In this document: positions 18,144 through 28,168 of the stretch, in pieces
How the letters are laid out: each line of letters begins with the position of its first letter
How positions within the stretch are numbered: the first letter of the stretch is position 1
IMG/VR virus record: IMGVR_UViG_3300029288_000075
Coordinates: 96,001-160,000 of that record
Direction: 5' to 3' (one strand)
DNA from: a virus
Lineage: Duplodnaviria; Caudoviricetes
DNA: 64,000 bases
Notes under the pieces: model-generated
Told to the model about the DNA's origin: nothing
What the model saw: only the letters and a program-made list of their open reading frames with translations
The model's database searches: none
Made by a program: the position numbers and the translations under genes

Positions 18144-18409
18144 CAAAGTCGCTCTTGTACCAAGGTCAGGTAGGGATGGTGGTTCCTCCTGGCTGTCTCC
18201 AGGGTGATCGCGTAGAGGTTCCTGTGTCCCTACGAAAGGATGGCAGGATCTATCGGTTCGTACTGCGCGACAAGTTGGTTGTTGAGGACGTGCAGTTGAT
18301 GCTCATGAAGGCGGCTGCCTTTGCCATCGCGCAGGGAGAGCCGTATGCAGGTACTCCGCCTGCTCGGGCACTTCGCGACGTTTTGATCAAGCAAGATACG
18401 GTGATGTAA
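18140..18409 (+). CDS. small tail-module protein
   Basis: Coupled to neighbours on both sides. Confidence 0.6.
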   Translation: MTKSLLYQGQVGMVVPPGCLQGDRVEVPVSLRKDGRIYRFVLRDKLVVEDVQLMLMKAAAFAIAQGEPYAGTPPARALRDVLIKQDTVM

Positions 18410-20316
18410 TGGCAGTGTATATTGAACTCACCACGGACCCGTTTATTGCCAACTACCAGCGCATGGTAGACAGGAATGACCCAGCGTTGTCCCGCAGTGG
18501 CAGGGCGGGGCTTGCCAATGTACGTCGGCCGTTGCGCGGTGTAGAGATCAAAGAGGACACCTACGCGTGCCTGAAGGTATTGCGTGCCGACGGTAGTGAG
18601 ATGCCGTTCATGGATTCCAGCTCGGCGAATGGCCAGTCTACCTCCTATTCCAACTTCATCCTGCAGTCGGTGCAGGAGCAGCGTATGGAGAAGCACCAGA
18701 TTGTGGAAACCTTTGGGGACACCTACCTATTTCTGTTTGGGGAGGCTCCGAGGTTCCTTGACGTCAGTGCGGTGCTGCTCAACAGCAACGACTTCAACTG
18801 GGAAGCTGAGTGGTGGGCAAATTGGGAGACTACGCTGCGTGGTTCGAAGTCTGTGGAGAATGGCGCACGTACCTACTTGTTCTACGACGACAACATCGTC
18901 GAAGGATACATGCTGATGGCGCAGGCGCAGAAGATCAGCACGGAGCCGATTCAAATACCTCTTACTTTTAGGCTCTTCGTCTCCAGCATCCGCAACGTAT
19001 CTTCAATAGGAGATCCAAACTTTCCCGTTGCAGAGTCGGTATTCTTGCCGCCAGATGTCTCACTTACTAGCGGCGATGCATTCCAGCAGCTGCGGGACTA
19101 CTACGAGGCCAACAACGGGTACCTGAGTCCGGGACAAGCCAACTCCTGGATGGACAACGTGTTGAGGAATACAGACCCCCGTCAACTAGGTACGGGCGCA
19201 AAGCTGGTGGACTTGTTGAAGCGTGGAACCCGCGCCATTGCATTCCCCTCGAGCGTTCAGGCGTACTTGGATGAAGCATCCCCTACTCTGGGCGTGCAGA
19301 ATGTGTTGGGCATGTACGACAGCAAGCCGATGCGCAGTCTGATTGCTGACAACGCAGACGAGTACACTGGGTATGACCCAAAGAACGCAGAGCTGAATTC
19401 TCAGTTGCCCGAGGTGTACGACCCAAGAGTTCGTGGTCAGCTCGAGGTAGAGGACTTGTTCCAAGAGGCAATCCAGTGGATGAGTTGCTTTGGGGCGAAC
19501 ATCAACAGCTACAATGCGCTCAATGGATTAGGCATGGGCGTGAACTTCTTGCCCAGTACAGGCGTTGGTATTGGCATTGGTGGTAGCGCGGGGTCAGGCT
19601 TAGGAGCTACCTTTGGCGCCGTCCCCGCGGGTGGCGGTGTTGGCTTTGGCGTCAATAACCGCAGCGGCGTGACCGGTGGCATGTTCGCAGGTCCCGGTAC
19701 CTACGGCTCAGCGCAGCAAGGCATGGCGTCAAATGGTTTTGGGATGGCGCAGGCTGGACAACCTGTCTACTCGCCAGGGCAGTTGTCCTCGGCACGTAGT
19801 GATGTGTTGTTCAGCGCCGGCGCCAATAACCGGTACCCGAACGACACGTTGTCCACAGGCTATGGAGATCCCGGGTACGGCTATTCTGGTCCGTACGGCG
19901 GAGCTGGCTACGGTCAGTCCGGTTTTGGAGACTACGGGGGGTTGGGGTACGGCTCGAGCTTTGGGTCCACCGGGGATCCCGGGTTTATGCCGCCGTCGGC
20001 GTTCAGCCGAGCCGGGATTGCGGATACCCGTAGTGACTTTCAGCGGTTGACTGCACCCAAGCCCGGTTTTGGCTCTGGCTTTGGTGGGGTACCCGCGGGG
20101 GCAAGCTTTGCCGGTGCCGGTGCCGGTGCTTCCGTATCGGTGGGCGGTTCTTTGACTGCGTTCTCGATTTTTGCAGCGCCAGGGACCTTGAATCCGTATG
20201 GCAATGCGCTGGCGGCAAATGGGAGACGTCTTGGTTTGACCGAGAGGAACCCGTTTGGGGTACCGTGCCTTGGTGCCACAGGACTTACCAGAATCAACCT
20301 ACTGGACATGATTTGA
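18409..20316 (+). CDS. Putative baseplate or tail-tube-initiator-like protein with a Gly/Tyr-rich C-terminus
   Basis: Position after the tape measure gene; beta-rich N-terminal domain (FILQSVQEQRMEKHQIVETFG...); function inferred. Confidence 0.45.
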   Translation: MAVYIELTTDPFIANYQRMVDRNDPALSRSGRAGLANVRRPLRGVEIKEDTYACLKVLRADGSEMPFMDSSSANGQSTSYSNFILQSVQEQRMEKHQIVETFGDTYLFLFGEAPRFLDVSAVLLNSNDFNWEAEWWANWETTLRGSKSVENGARTYLFYDDNIVEGYMLMAQAQKISTEPIQIPLTFRLFVSSIRNVSSIGDPNFPVAESVFLPPDVSLTSGDAFQQLRDYYEANNGYLSPGQANSWMDNVLRNTDPRQLGTGAKLVDLLKRGTRAIAFPSSVQAYLDEASPTLGVQNVLGMYDSKPMRSLIADNADEYTGYDPKNAELNSQLPEVYDPRVRGQLEVEDLFQEAIQWMSCFGANINSYNALNGLGMGVNFLPSTGVGIGIGGSAGSGLGATFGAVPAGGGVGFGVNNRSGVTGGMFAGPGTYGSAQQGMASNGFGMAQAGQPVYSPGQLSSARSDVLFSAGANNRYPNDTLSTGYGDPGYGYSGPYGGAGYGQSGFGDYGGLGYGSSFGSTGDPGFMPPSAFSRAGIADTRSDFQRLTAPKPGFGSGFGGVPAGASFAGAGAGASVSVGGSLTAFSIFAAPGTLNPYGNALAANGRRLGLTERNPFGVPCLGATGLTRINLLDMI

Positions 20317-20317
20317 C

Positions 20318-23300
20318 ATGACGGTGCATGCACAGCGGATACATCTTCGGATGTTCTTGGAGGGGATTGAGATACCGATAGTTGGGATCCAGCTGCAGGG
20401 TTTGCCAAACTCTCCGCTTCTGGCTTCTATTCAGATACCTCCTGTAGCTGAAGGCACCCGGCTACTTCCCAGAACCTTGGTGCATGTGTTTTTCCGAGAT
20501 CCGTACGAGTCGGTGAGTCCGCACTTAGCCCGTACAAGCACAGGGGGTACTACGCCGACTGATTACCAAACGGCGTTGGAGAAGCGACAGGCAAGCAATC
20601 CGGAGGGCGTATCAAGTCTGCTAGATACCGAACTGACTCGGTACAAGCACTTCTTCTCTGGGGAGATACTTGGGTTTGCTTGGACGAAAGATCAAGCCCA
20701 GCGGTCTCTTGTGCTTCAGTGCGCCGACCTATCGAACTACTGGGACTACGCGTACCAGTGGACGAACACAGACCTCTTTGGGCCTGGTATCAAGGCTATG
20801 TTTTCTGGTGGGTCTACGAACTTGTTCACTGACTTCTTGTCGAGCTCGGGTGAGGTCATCACGAACATCCTGCGTACTCCTTCCATCACCTTCCCCAAGT
20901 TGAAGGGACTTGCTGGTGGGATAGTACATCTGCTCGAGGCCATCGGAGGGACGTACTACTACGACCGTAAGATCGCAGGACAGAACATCTTCTTTACGCT
21001 GGCCGAACTGCGGTTGCACATCAACCAGATGATCATGGCCATAGAAGATGATCCTACTACGGCTCGCCTGTTGGCTACGCAGGGGTACAGCGGCATGATG
21101 AGTCGTCTGCTAGGCGGTATGGGTGGTCAGACGTCAATTCGTCAAAGCATCACAGCGTTACAGGGGATCATCTTCCATGAGACCTACGCGCAGCCCTGCC
21201 CCCGCTACGTACCAGGAACTTTGAATCCTACGTCGGCCGCAAACCGTGTACGCCTAGCGGATGACCCCAGCACTGCCTTTGTAGTCAGTGCGGCACAGCA
21301 GGCACTTACAGACATCGGTATGATCAAGCGGCAGCTGCATTCAACGGAAGGCGATGTGGAGGCTAGTAAGCTTGCTGCACAGGCAGGTGTACGTAGTTCA
21401 CTGCAGCAGCAGGTCATACTGCAGACTCGCAAGTTGCAGTCGTACCTCAAGTCGCTCATCATGCAGCTCAGGCGGGTGACTCCGGCGGCCCCCAAAGCAG
21501 TGTCTTTGCTCACCACCGCGTCGCAGCAGCTTGGAAGCGCAGGGACTGCACTAGCTCGTTGGAGTCCCAATAGCACAGCCTCCACAGGCAAAATAGAGGG
21601 TTTCCTCAATACCGCTGAGAATGCCTTGAAGTCTCTGTCGAACATGACTCGAGAGACGGCAGTCAAATCGCGCCCAGCCCCACCCAGGCTGGCTCAGCAG
21701 ATTTTACGGCCAGACGTGTGGTTCAGCGCTCCTCCCAGATGCAACGTACTGTTCCCTGAACACTACAGTAGGCTCAACTACTCTCGGAACTTTATGGAGG
21801 AGCCAACCCGGCTACTGCTCAAGACCAACGACGAATTCTTTGGAGAAGACGAGCTGTTCGACCGCCTGTACTTTGCGCCAAAGACGACCAGCGTGAAGAA
21901 GGCCAAGGCAGACTTGCAGGCCATGCTACAGAATGACCTATTGGAGCATGAGCTCTATACTGGAATCTTGCCCGTGTTCGAAAAGATGGGCGAGCTCAAC
22001 ATCTTTGCGGCGCGCGGTGGTGTGACTACAGGCCGTGTAGCTCAGGTAGGTCTGGCACAGCGTTCTGCCAACTTTCTCTACTTCAAGTATCGTTTTGCGT
22101 CGCGCCAGATGACCGTGTCAGGACGGTTCAACCCGTACATTGCGTTGGGGTTTCCCGGGTTAGTCATTGACAAGTACGCTGACGAGGAGATGCTGCGGTT
22201 GCACAACGAACTTCGTGTAGCGACAGGATCTTCGGCACGCGATATAAACAAGCTCTTGGGGACTGCCTTCTTGGGCAACTTCACGCAAGTGTCGTTCGTG
22301 GTCAACAACCAGGGAACAGGCACTACTGACATCGTGATGAGCTACCCTCGGCAGACCGATGAGGGTGTGGAGTTCTTGGGTACCACGGATCCGCAGGACT
22401 TGTCCGTTAGCAAACGTCTCGAGCAGGATGCCGTGCGCGTAACTGATGTGGCCTCCGTAGGGCAGCCACTCATTGACTCATTGGGTCCCAACCTGGGTAG
22501 AATCACGCAGGTGGAGGAGGTAAGCCTGTTGTACCGTGGCAGTACGCAGTCTGGAGATCCACAAGACACGATGAGCAGCAAGCCGCTGCTGCTGTTCAGC
22601 AAGCAGGACAGTAGGCAGCCGCGGTCTCCCGAATCGCGCAAGTCCGCGCGGGTACCTGTTGGTGTGGAGGTGGACGCAAGGGATCTCGATAAGGCGGTGC
22701 TGAAGGAACTGGGTCTTTTTGGGGCTGGTGCAAATCCTGATGGGTGGTTCGGAGATAGCCAAGCCAAGAACAAGGCAGCCGGGTCCTCTTCAGCAGACCA
22801 GTTCTACAAGAGAACGCGACCGATAACCATTCGGGCATACCGCATTCGTGAAGAGATCCCGCGGTATCGTCAACTGCCAGTTGACTTGCCGGCAGAGGAG
22901 TACATTCGACCTGGTTGGTACGGCGATATATGGAGCTCTGCGCGCATTGGTGAAGCGTACGACACTTTCTTTGCTACCGGGGCAATCACTGACCCGCATG
23001 TAATCGGGGATCCCGAGGGGCAGCAACGGGCAGCTACAAACAACGGTGCCGCGGACGCACAGAATACAGCTGCCGAGACCACAGACCCGAATAGCCCACA
23101 GAAGGATGCTCCCGTGGTGTACCAACTCGAGGCAGGGGCAACCATCGAGCAGGCTGCGGGATACCTTCAGGCCATGTACAGTCACATCAAGCTGAAGGGG
23201 CTTGACGTCGAGGAATTCATTCGGGCGTACACCTATCGTCCTATTGCCACGCTGGTGGACATCTTCGGTACTCGAGATCTCTCTTTGAGCGCGGATGGAG

Positions 23301-23512
23301 CCTACGTACTCTCAGGTGTGGAGGGCTTTCATTCCCGCGCCTTTGGGCAGTTCAACGACCTGTTCGGGCTAGTTACCCCAGAGATAGTGGAGGTGGTTGG
23401 ATTGAAGAGAGGTACAACGGCGGCACAACGAGGCGACACGCGCAAAGTGAAGCAGGACGCAGTCAAAGACTATCTTGCGGGGCTGGGTCTAGGTAGGGCA
23501 ATACTTGGGTAG
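20318..23512 (+). CDS. Putative baseplate hub or large tail protein
   Basis: 1064 aa in the tail operon; function inferred from synteny. Confidence 0.45.
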   Translation: MTVHAQRIHLRMFLEGIEIPIVGIQLQGLPNSPLLASIQIPPVAEGTRLLPRTLVHVFFRDPYESVSPHLARTSTGGTTPTDYQTALEKRQASNPEGVSSLLDTELTRYKHFFSGEILGFAWTKDQAQRSLVLQCADLSNYWDYAYQWTNTDLFGPGIKAMFSGGSTNLFTDFLSSSGEVITNILRTPSITFPKLKGLAGGIVHLLEAIGGTYYYDRKIAGQNIFFTLAELRLHINQMIMAIEDDPTTARLLATQGYSGMMSRLLGGMGGQTSIRQSITALQGIIFHETYAQPCPRYVPGTLNPTSAANRVRLADDPSTAFVVSAAQQALTDIGMIKRQLHSTEGDVEASKLAAQAGVRSSLQQQVILQTRKLQSYLKSLIMQLRRVTPAAPKAVSLLTTASQQLGSAGTALARWSPNSTASTGKIEGFLNTAENALKSLSNMTRETAVKSRPAPPRLAQQILRPDVWFSAPPRCNVLFPEHYSRLNYSRNFMEEPTRLLLKTNDEFFGEDELFDRLYFAPKTTSVKKAKADLQAMLQNDLLEHELYTGILPVFEKMGELNIFAARGGVTTGRVAQVGLAQRSANFLYFKYRFASRQMTVSGRFNPYIALGFPGLVIDKYADEEMLRLHNELRVATGSSARDINKLLGTAFLGNFTQVSFVVNNQGTGTTDIVMSYPRQTDEGVEFLGTTDPQDLSVSKRLEQDAVRVTDVASVGQPLIDSLGPNLGRITQVEEVSLLYRGSTQSGDPQDTMSSKPLLLFSKQDSRQPRSPESRKSARVPVGVEVDARDLDKAVLKELGLFGAGANPDGWFGDSQAKNKAAGSSSADQFYKRTRPITIRAYRIREEIPRYRQLPVDLPAEEYIRPGWYGDIWSSARIGEAYDTFFATGAITDPHVIGDPEGQQRAATNNGAADAQNTAAETTDPNSPQKDAPVVYQLEAGATIEQAAGYLQAMYSHIKLKGLDVEEFIRAYTYRPIATLVDIFGTRDLSLSADGAYVLSGVEGFHSRAFGQFNDLFGLVTPEIVEVVGLKRGTTAAQRGDTRKVKQDAVKDYLAGLGLGRAILG

Positions 23513-23532
23513 TTCCACTTTGGCCAGTGGAA
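23513..23532. repeat. Inverted repeat TTCCACT-N6-AGTGGAA abutting the promoter of the 23548 cluster
   Basis: Perfect 7-bp arms; possible operator or hairpin. Confidence 0.5.
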
Positions 23533-23547
23533 TGGTACAACTGATCC

Positions 23548-23784
23548 ATGCTGAACGCTCAAGTTCTATCCAGTTTTGGTGCAGAGGTATCGAAGGTAGC
23601 TGCCAAGAAAGACGTGGGGCAGCTCCTGGCTAGCTTGGCTTCAAGGCAGGGGCATAGGCCTTCGCTTTTCCCTAGCATTCAACAAGTGAAGAATGTGGCG
23701 ACCCGAGATCGTGGTCGAGCTGCCGAAATTGCCTCCAACATCCGCTCTACGTTGAAGAACACTGCCGCGGTGCAGGCGGCTTAG
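23548..23784 (+). CDS. Putative head-internal protein (K-x-A motif)
   Basis: SSFGAEVSKVA N-terminal motif; TGG-TACAAC-N6-ATG. Confidence 0.55.
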   Translation: MLNAQVLSSFGAEVSKVAAKKDVGQLLASLASRQGHRPSLFPSIQQVKNVATRDRGRAAEIASNIRSTLKNTAAVQAA

Positions 23785-23786
23785 CC

Positions 23787-25205
23787 ATGGCTGTCCCGAC
23801 TCTTGTGACGCCGTTGCTTACCCTACTGGTCAAGGTGTCCGCTGCACGTTCTCGCATGACCGTGTCGCAGACGCGGTCAGGCAGACGCCCGATGCGTGTG
23901 GAGACCATGCTCAAGAAGGACAACGAGGGTACCCTGTATCGCAATTGGAAGGATCACATACCCGGCGGATTGGCAGACAAGAAGAAGCCCACTGATTTCG
24001 ATCCTGCTGCGTTGGCCAAAGGTACCAAGGTGGAGTTCGAGCACACCGACAGGCTGCTTACTGCGTCTGAGATTGCCATGGACCACCTTGTCGAGGACCC
24101 TCGGTACTACGACAAACTCGAGAAGATGGAAGAGGGTGGGGCTAAGCATGCTGGTTTGTTGGATGTGTTGAAGGCTCCTATTCCTGGGACCAAGGACTGG
24201 TTCGTGAACACCGGTAAAGCTGGACTGCAGGGAGCTCATAGACTCACGGGCACCATGCCTGCGCGTCCCGGGGCATTGCGAACTGCAGCGAATTCGGTGG
24301 CTCCTGCAGCACGGGCGTCAGGGGCTCTGCCTGTTGCACGTGGCGGGGTGTACGGGATCTCGGAAGCGGAGCTGCAACGTCTAGGCTTTGGGGATTTGAT
24401 GAAGTCGGGGTCTGCTAAAAAGGTCGAAGACCTGAAGAAGGCGGCCTATCGTCTGCAAGGTCACACGGAAGTACAGGGACTTCCAATCGCCATCGAAAAT
24501 AGAAAGGGCTCTGTGCGGTCTGGCGAGGACCCAGACGGCACCCCGTGGCGCACGAAGTACAAGTACCCTTACGGTTACCTCGTGGGTACCAAGGGAAATG
24601 ACGACGAAGAGATTGATGTCTACGTAGGTCCCAACAAGGCAGCCCCCAACGCGTACGTAGTACATCAGCACAAGGTCACTGGCAAAGGCTACGATGAAGA
24701 CAAGGTGATGTTGGGTTTCGAGTCGGAAGCAGCTGCTAGGGCGGCGTACCTCGAGCACTACAACAAAGTTGGACCAAAGCTTCTTGGTCCCATCACGGTC
24801 ATTGCCATGAAGCGGCTGATAGAGATGCTGGCGCAGAAGAAGGAGTACAAGAAGCTGGCCACAGCCGACATATCCAACAATACGCTGATGACGGACCGAG
24901 CGGGGCCAACTACACGTAGCAAGCCTGGTGATGTACCAGACGCTATGGATGTGGCATTCTCCAAACTCAAGCAAGCATGGGATGGCGTTGGCTCTAGTGG
25001 AGGTCCTACCGGAAACAGAATGGCCATGCTTGACATGGATGAGAAGCCCGATCGAACAAAGCCGGGTGATGTACCATCACGGGATGGAACCAGTCCCGGC
25101 GCCGCACGCATCGAGCGGCATGAGGCAGGGCCGGATTTCATGACCACGTTACCTACGAACGGCGCCATGGCTAGTTCTCAGACCGGAGCAACTACGAGGC
25201 TTTGA
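23787..25205 (+). CDS. Multidomain protein: DUF5661 plus polyvalent-protein inorganic pyrophosphatase (InPase) domain
   Basis: IPGGLAD...KGTKVEFEHT...EIAMDHLVEDPRYYDKL (DUF5661); GLPIAIENRKGSVRSG...YGYLVGTKGNDDEEIDVYVGP...YDEDKVMLGF (InPase). Confidence 0.8.
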   Translation: MAVPTLVTPLLTLLVKVSAARSRMTVSQTRSGRRPMRVETMLKKDNEGTLYRNWKDHIPGGLADKKKPTDFDPAALAKGTKVEFEHTDRLLTASEIAMDHLVEDPRYYDKLEKMEEGGAKHAGLLDVLKAPIPGTKDWFVNTGKAGLQGAHRLTGTMPARPGALRTAANSVAPAARASGALPVARGGVYGISEAELQRLGFGDLMKSGSAKKVEDLKKAAYRLQGHTEVQGLPIAIENRKGSVRSGEDPDGTPWRTKYKYPYGYLVGTKGNDDEEIDVYVGPNKAAPNAYVVHQHKVTGKGYDEDKVMLGFESEAAARAAYLEHYNKVGPKLLGPITVIAMKRLIEMLAQKKEYKKLATADISNNTLMTDRAGPTTRSKPGDVPDAMDVAFSKLKQAWDGVGSSGGPTGNRMAMLDMDEKPDRTKPGDVPSRDGTSPGAARIERHEAGPDFMTTLPTNGAMASSQTGATTRL

Positions 25206-26068
25206 TGCAATACTCAGAAGTCCAGTGGGCATCGTTCAGCGAGCAGCTAAGCAAGGAGGCTTTTTCGTTAGCTGGGATGGGGTCTACCTTGCGCGGTGCG
25301 CTGGGTTCCTCTATGGGAAAGGCCAAGGCCCCGACGGGGTGGATTCTGCCGAGTAGGAAGGGGTTGGCTCTGGGTTCTGCTGCGAAGCCCGGTGCAAGCA
25401 TGTTTCCTGCCCCTGGTGGTGTGGCCGCAACCCCAGGTGTATTTCAGTCTTTTGGCAAATCACTGCAGGAAGGCGGCAAGCTGATGCAGCGAGATTCGAC
25501 CAAGAGCCTACTGGCAGGTAAGTCTGTGTCGGCTGGTCCCGCCGCACGCATGGGGGGTGAGGTGGCGCAGTCGGTAGGGCACCACTACGCACACAAGGGT
25601 ACCTTAGGAAACCTCGTCAACCCACTAGGCGGTGCCCTGGGTGGGATGGCCGAGGGGATCACTCGCGGGGCTGGTAAAGAGTTGACCCGTGGAGCTGGTG
25701 CCCTAGGCGCGCATGGGCCGGCGGCTTTGCAGGGTACAGCGCGCACCATGGGTAGATTTGGCACGGGCATGCAACGAGCAGCCAAGGGCGTTGGTATGGC
25801 CGGTGAGGTAGCGGGGCTAGCCGGACTTGGTACGGCCGTACACGCTCCGCTGTCTTTGGCTGGTGCCGTCGGCGGGAAGATTGTGGGCGGGGCATCGCAA
25901 GCTCTCCCCATACTGACCGACGCACTGCACAGCGCCGGCGACGTAGTGGCGCATGGCGCGCACGACGTAGTGGGCAACGCGGCGCATTCAGCAGCAGGAA
26001 AAGTGCAGAGTGCTGCCAAGCGGTCATTGCCCTCGATGAGTCCACAACTTGTTCATGGAGTACCCTGA
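25205..26068 (+). CDS. Gly/Ala-rich putative internal or ejected protein
   Basis: ASFSEQLSKEA N-terminal motif; TGATG coupling. Confidence 0.6.
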   Translation: MQYSEVQWASFSEQLSKEAFSLAGMGSTLRGALGSSMGKAKAPTGWILPSRKGLALGSAAKPGASMFPAPGGVAATPGVFQSFGKSLQEGGKLMQRDSTKSLLAGKSVSAGPAARMGGEVAQSVGHHYAHKGTLGNLVNPLGGALGGMAEGITRGAGKELTRGAGALGAHGPAALQGTARTMGRFGTGMQRAAKGVGMAGEVAGLAGLGTAVHAPLSLAGAVGGKIVGGASQALPILTDALHSAGDVVAHGAHDVVGNAAHSAAGKVQSAAKRSLPSMSPQLVHGVP

Positions 26069-26544
26069 TGTCCATCACCTACGACGAAGCTCTGCACGAT
26101 TGTCTTGTCGATGCACTAGGGAAGCTGGCAGGTCAATGTGGCTTGAAGGTCGCCGAGGTTTCTTCAGAAAGAGCCCGTCGAGCCATGGATCGTCTGAGTT
26201 CCATGGAAGACACCAAGCCCACGGTGGGTCAGGTGGCGCGTTACGCAGGTATTGGCGGTGGCGGTGGCGCGGCTGTCAAGGCCATCGGCAATGTGATTGA
26301 GGGGTACAAGAAACCCACGGTTCCTGGGGTCAAAGGACACCTGTTGGCCTTGGGTAGGGCAGCCGTGAAGGGGGACGTGAACAAGACGGTAGGCTCCAAG
26401 ATCCGCTCCGTAGCATCTACCGGGATCACTGGGGCTCTGGGGGCAGGGGTAATCCCACTTGCTCGCAGCGGTAGTGACCGTGCAGCAGAGCGGAAGGTTC
26501 TCAAGAAGTACATTCAACAGACTCCAGCGGTGCCCAATGCCTGA
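26068..26544 (+). CDS. Putative internal or ejected protein
   Basis: DCLVDALGKLA motif; Gly-rich amphipathic segments. Confidence 0.6.
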   Translation: MSITYDEALHDCLVDALGKLAGQCGLKVAEVSSERARRAMDRLSSMEDTKPTVGQVARYAGIGGGGGAAVKAIGNVIEGYKKPTVPGVKGHLLALGRAAVKGDVNKTVGSKIRSVASTGITGALGAGVIPLARSGSDRAAERKVLKKYIQQTPAVPNA

Positions 26545-27718
26545 GTGGATGCACAATCGAGCCGAGCACATACTTGCCAAGAATCCTTCGATGCCCAAGT
26601 CGGAGGCCTTTGCCATTGCAACGCAGCAGAGCCACGCTACAGGGCATTCTCCAAAGGGGTTTGGTACAGCCGAGGGAAGAGCGAAAGCCAAGGCCAAGTT
26701 CGATACTCCCAAGGGTGACGAGCATCGGGCGAATCCAGGTAACTTGACGAGCTCCAAGATGGCCGCGGCGGCGTTTACGCATGTAGTGTCTGTGCGTACC
26801 ACGCGTGATGGTGCCGGCGCTTTACGTGACATCCTGCACAACATCCAGCAGAATGGTGCCCCCGGGCACTCCTTTGGGATAGTAACGACGGATAAGCCCG
26901 CGCGCCACATTGGAAGTTGGGATGGGGATGGCGCCGATACAATGGCTCTTCCTACCATGCACAAGATGGCGTCCGTAGTAGGCTGGTTGTTGGAGTCTAC
27001 TGGGTTGCTAGGGAAACTTGGCTTTGCCAGCTCCTCCTACGGGGGTCAGCCGGCACAAAATGGTCCTGGAATGCGTGGACGTAGCCAGATTCCACCCTTC
27101 GTGGCTCCTCCCATTGAGGTGAAGGCAGCCGGGCTGCGGCGCGTGGGAGAACTGGTTACAGGTAGTCGAGCGAACAAGCTCTACGACGCTGCGCTTCGTC
27201 ATGCCGATTCTGCTCGAGGAGGTAGTGCAGCAAGCGCAAAGGCCGTTCGAAAACTGCGTGGGCTTGCCCACATGGAAGAGGGAAACGTGGGGCGTATGCA
27301 GGGTGCCTTGGCTACAGGTGCTGGCATTGGGGCTGTAGCGGATCTCACTGGTTTTGCGGAGAGACGTGCCAAAGCTAAGGAGGCAGGCGTGGGTGTGGGC
27401 GCCGGGATGTCTGCTTCGCAGTACTCTGGGCCGCTCTCATATGGTCCATTCAAGCAAGAGAGTGCGATTCCTGCATTCATTTCTCCGGGCATGACCAAGA
27501 CGGACCCGCGGTTGGAAGCGCCCGCCTACGCCACCGGTGGCAACAAGACTGCTGGTGCGGCAACGGGGGCCATGACGGCGGCCGGTCGTCTTCGGGCAAG
27601 TCAACGACTCACCGCACCAAAGCTTACTGGGTTTTCTGGCCCTAGCATCGCGGACATTGCTAAGCCAAAGGGCTTTGGAAAGCCGCTGTCGGGGGCACTG
27701 AAAGGTACTCTCGGATGA
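26537..27718 (+). CDS. Modular putative internal protein with multiple K-x-A junctions
   Basis: Start MPEWMHNRAEH; KMA, KMA, KAA, KEA and KTA at module boundaries. Confidence 0.65.
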   Translation: MPEWMHNRAEHILAKNPSMPKSEAFAIATQQSHATGHSPKGFGTAEGRAKAKAKFDTPKGDEHRANPGNLTSSKMAAAAFTHVVSVRTTRDGAGALRDILHNIQQNGAPGHSFGIVTTDKPARHIGSWDGDGADTMALPTMHKMASVVGWLLESTGLLGKLGFASSSYGGQPAQNGPGMRGRSQIPPFVAPPIEVKAAGLRRVGELVTGSRANKLYDAALRHADSARGGSAASAKAVRKLRGLAHMEEGNVGRMQGALATGAGIGAVADLTGFAERRAKAKEAGVGVGAGMSASQYSGPLSYGPFKQESAIPAFISPGMTKTDPRLEAPAYATGGNKTAGAATGAMTAAGRLRASQRLTAPKLTGFSGPSIADIAKPKGFGKPLSGALKGTLG

Positions 27719-28116
27719 CTCCTGCGGCTATCTCTGCATGCTGCAGGGAGCTTACCAAGGTTGCTCTGCTCGAGCGCCTGGTACGTTTGGGCGCTACCGA
27801 TATCCCTCGAACGCCTCGACTTCTCATGAAGCACAGAGACCCTAAGGCGCTGGCGGCGTTGCAGCAGGCAACTGAGACGGCGTGGGACTCAAGGGTTACC
27901 GCGCCCCTGATGCGGGCTGCTGATCGAGGGCTACGGCATCTTCCTGAAGGCAAGGCTCGCAACTTGGCCACCTCCGGTGCGCGGTTGTTGGCCGAAGATC
28001 CTGTTGGATTTACGGTCACGAATGCCATACCAATACCGGGAGCTTCTCCTGCTTGGATCGCGGCCAAAAGGGGACTTGAACGCGTGATTGACAAGACTGC
28101 GCCTCTGCAAGTCTGA
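27715..28116 (+). CDS. Putative internal protein
   Basis: SACCRELTKVA motif. Confidence 0.6.
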   Translation: MTPAAISACCRELTKVALLERLVRLGATDIPRTPRLLMKHRDPKALAALQQATETAWDSRVTAPLMRAADRGLRHLPEGKARNLATSGARLLAEDPVGFTVTNAIPIPGASPAWIAAKRGLERVIDKTAPLQV

Positions 28117-28133
28117 CATGTAGCAGGCATAAG
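28106..28133 (+). promoter_or_regulatory. Phage promoter motif, copy 4
   Basis: TGCAA-N14-AGGCATAAG. Confidence 0.65.
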
Positions 28134-28168
28134 GACTCTGTATCAGAGATCCTACCTGTTGGAGGAAC

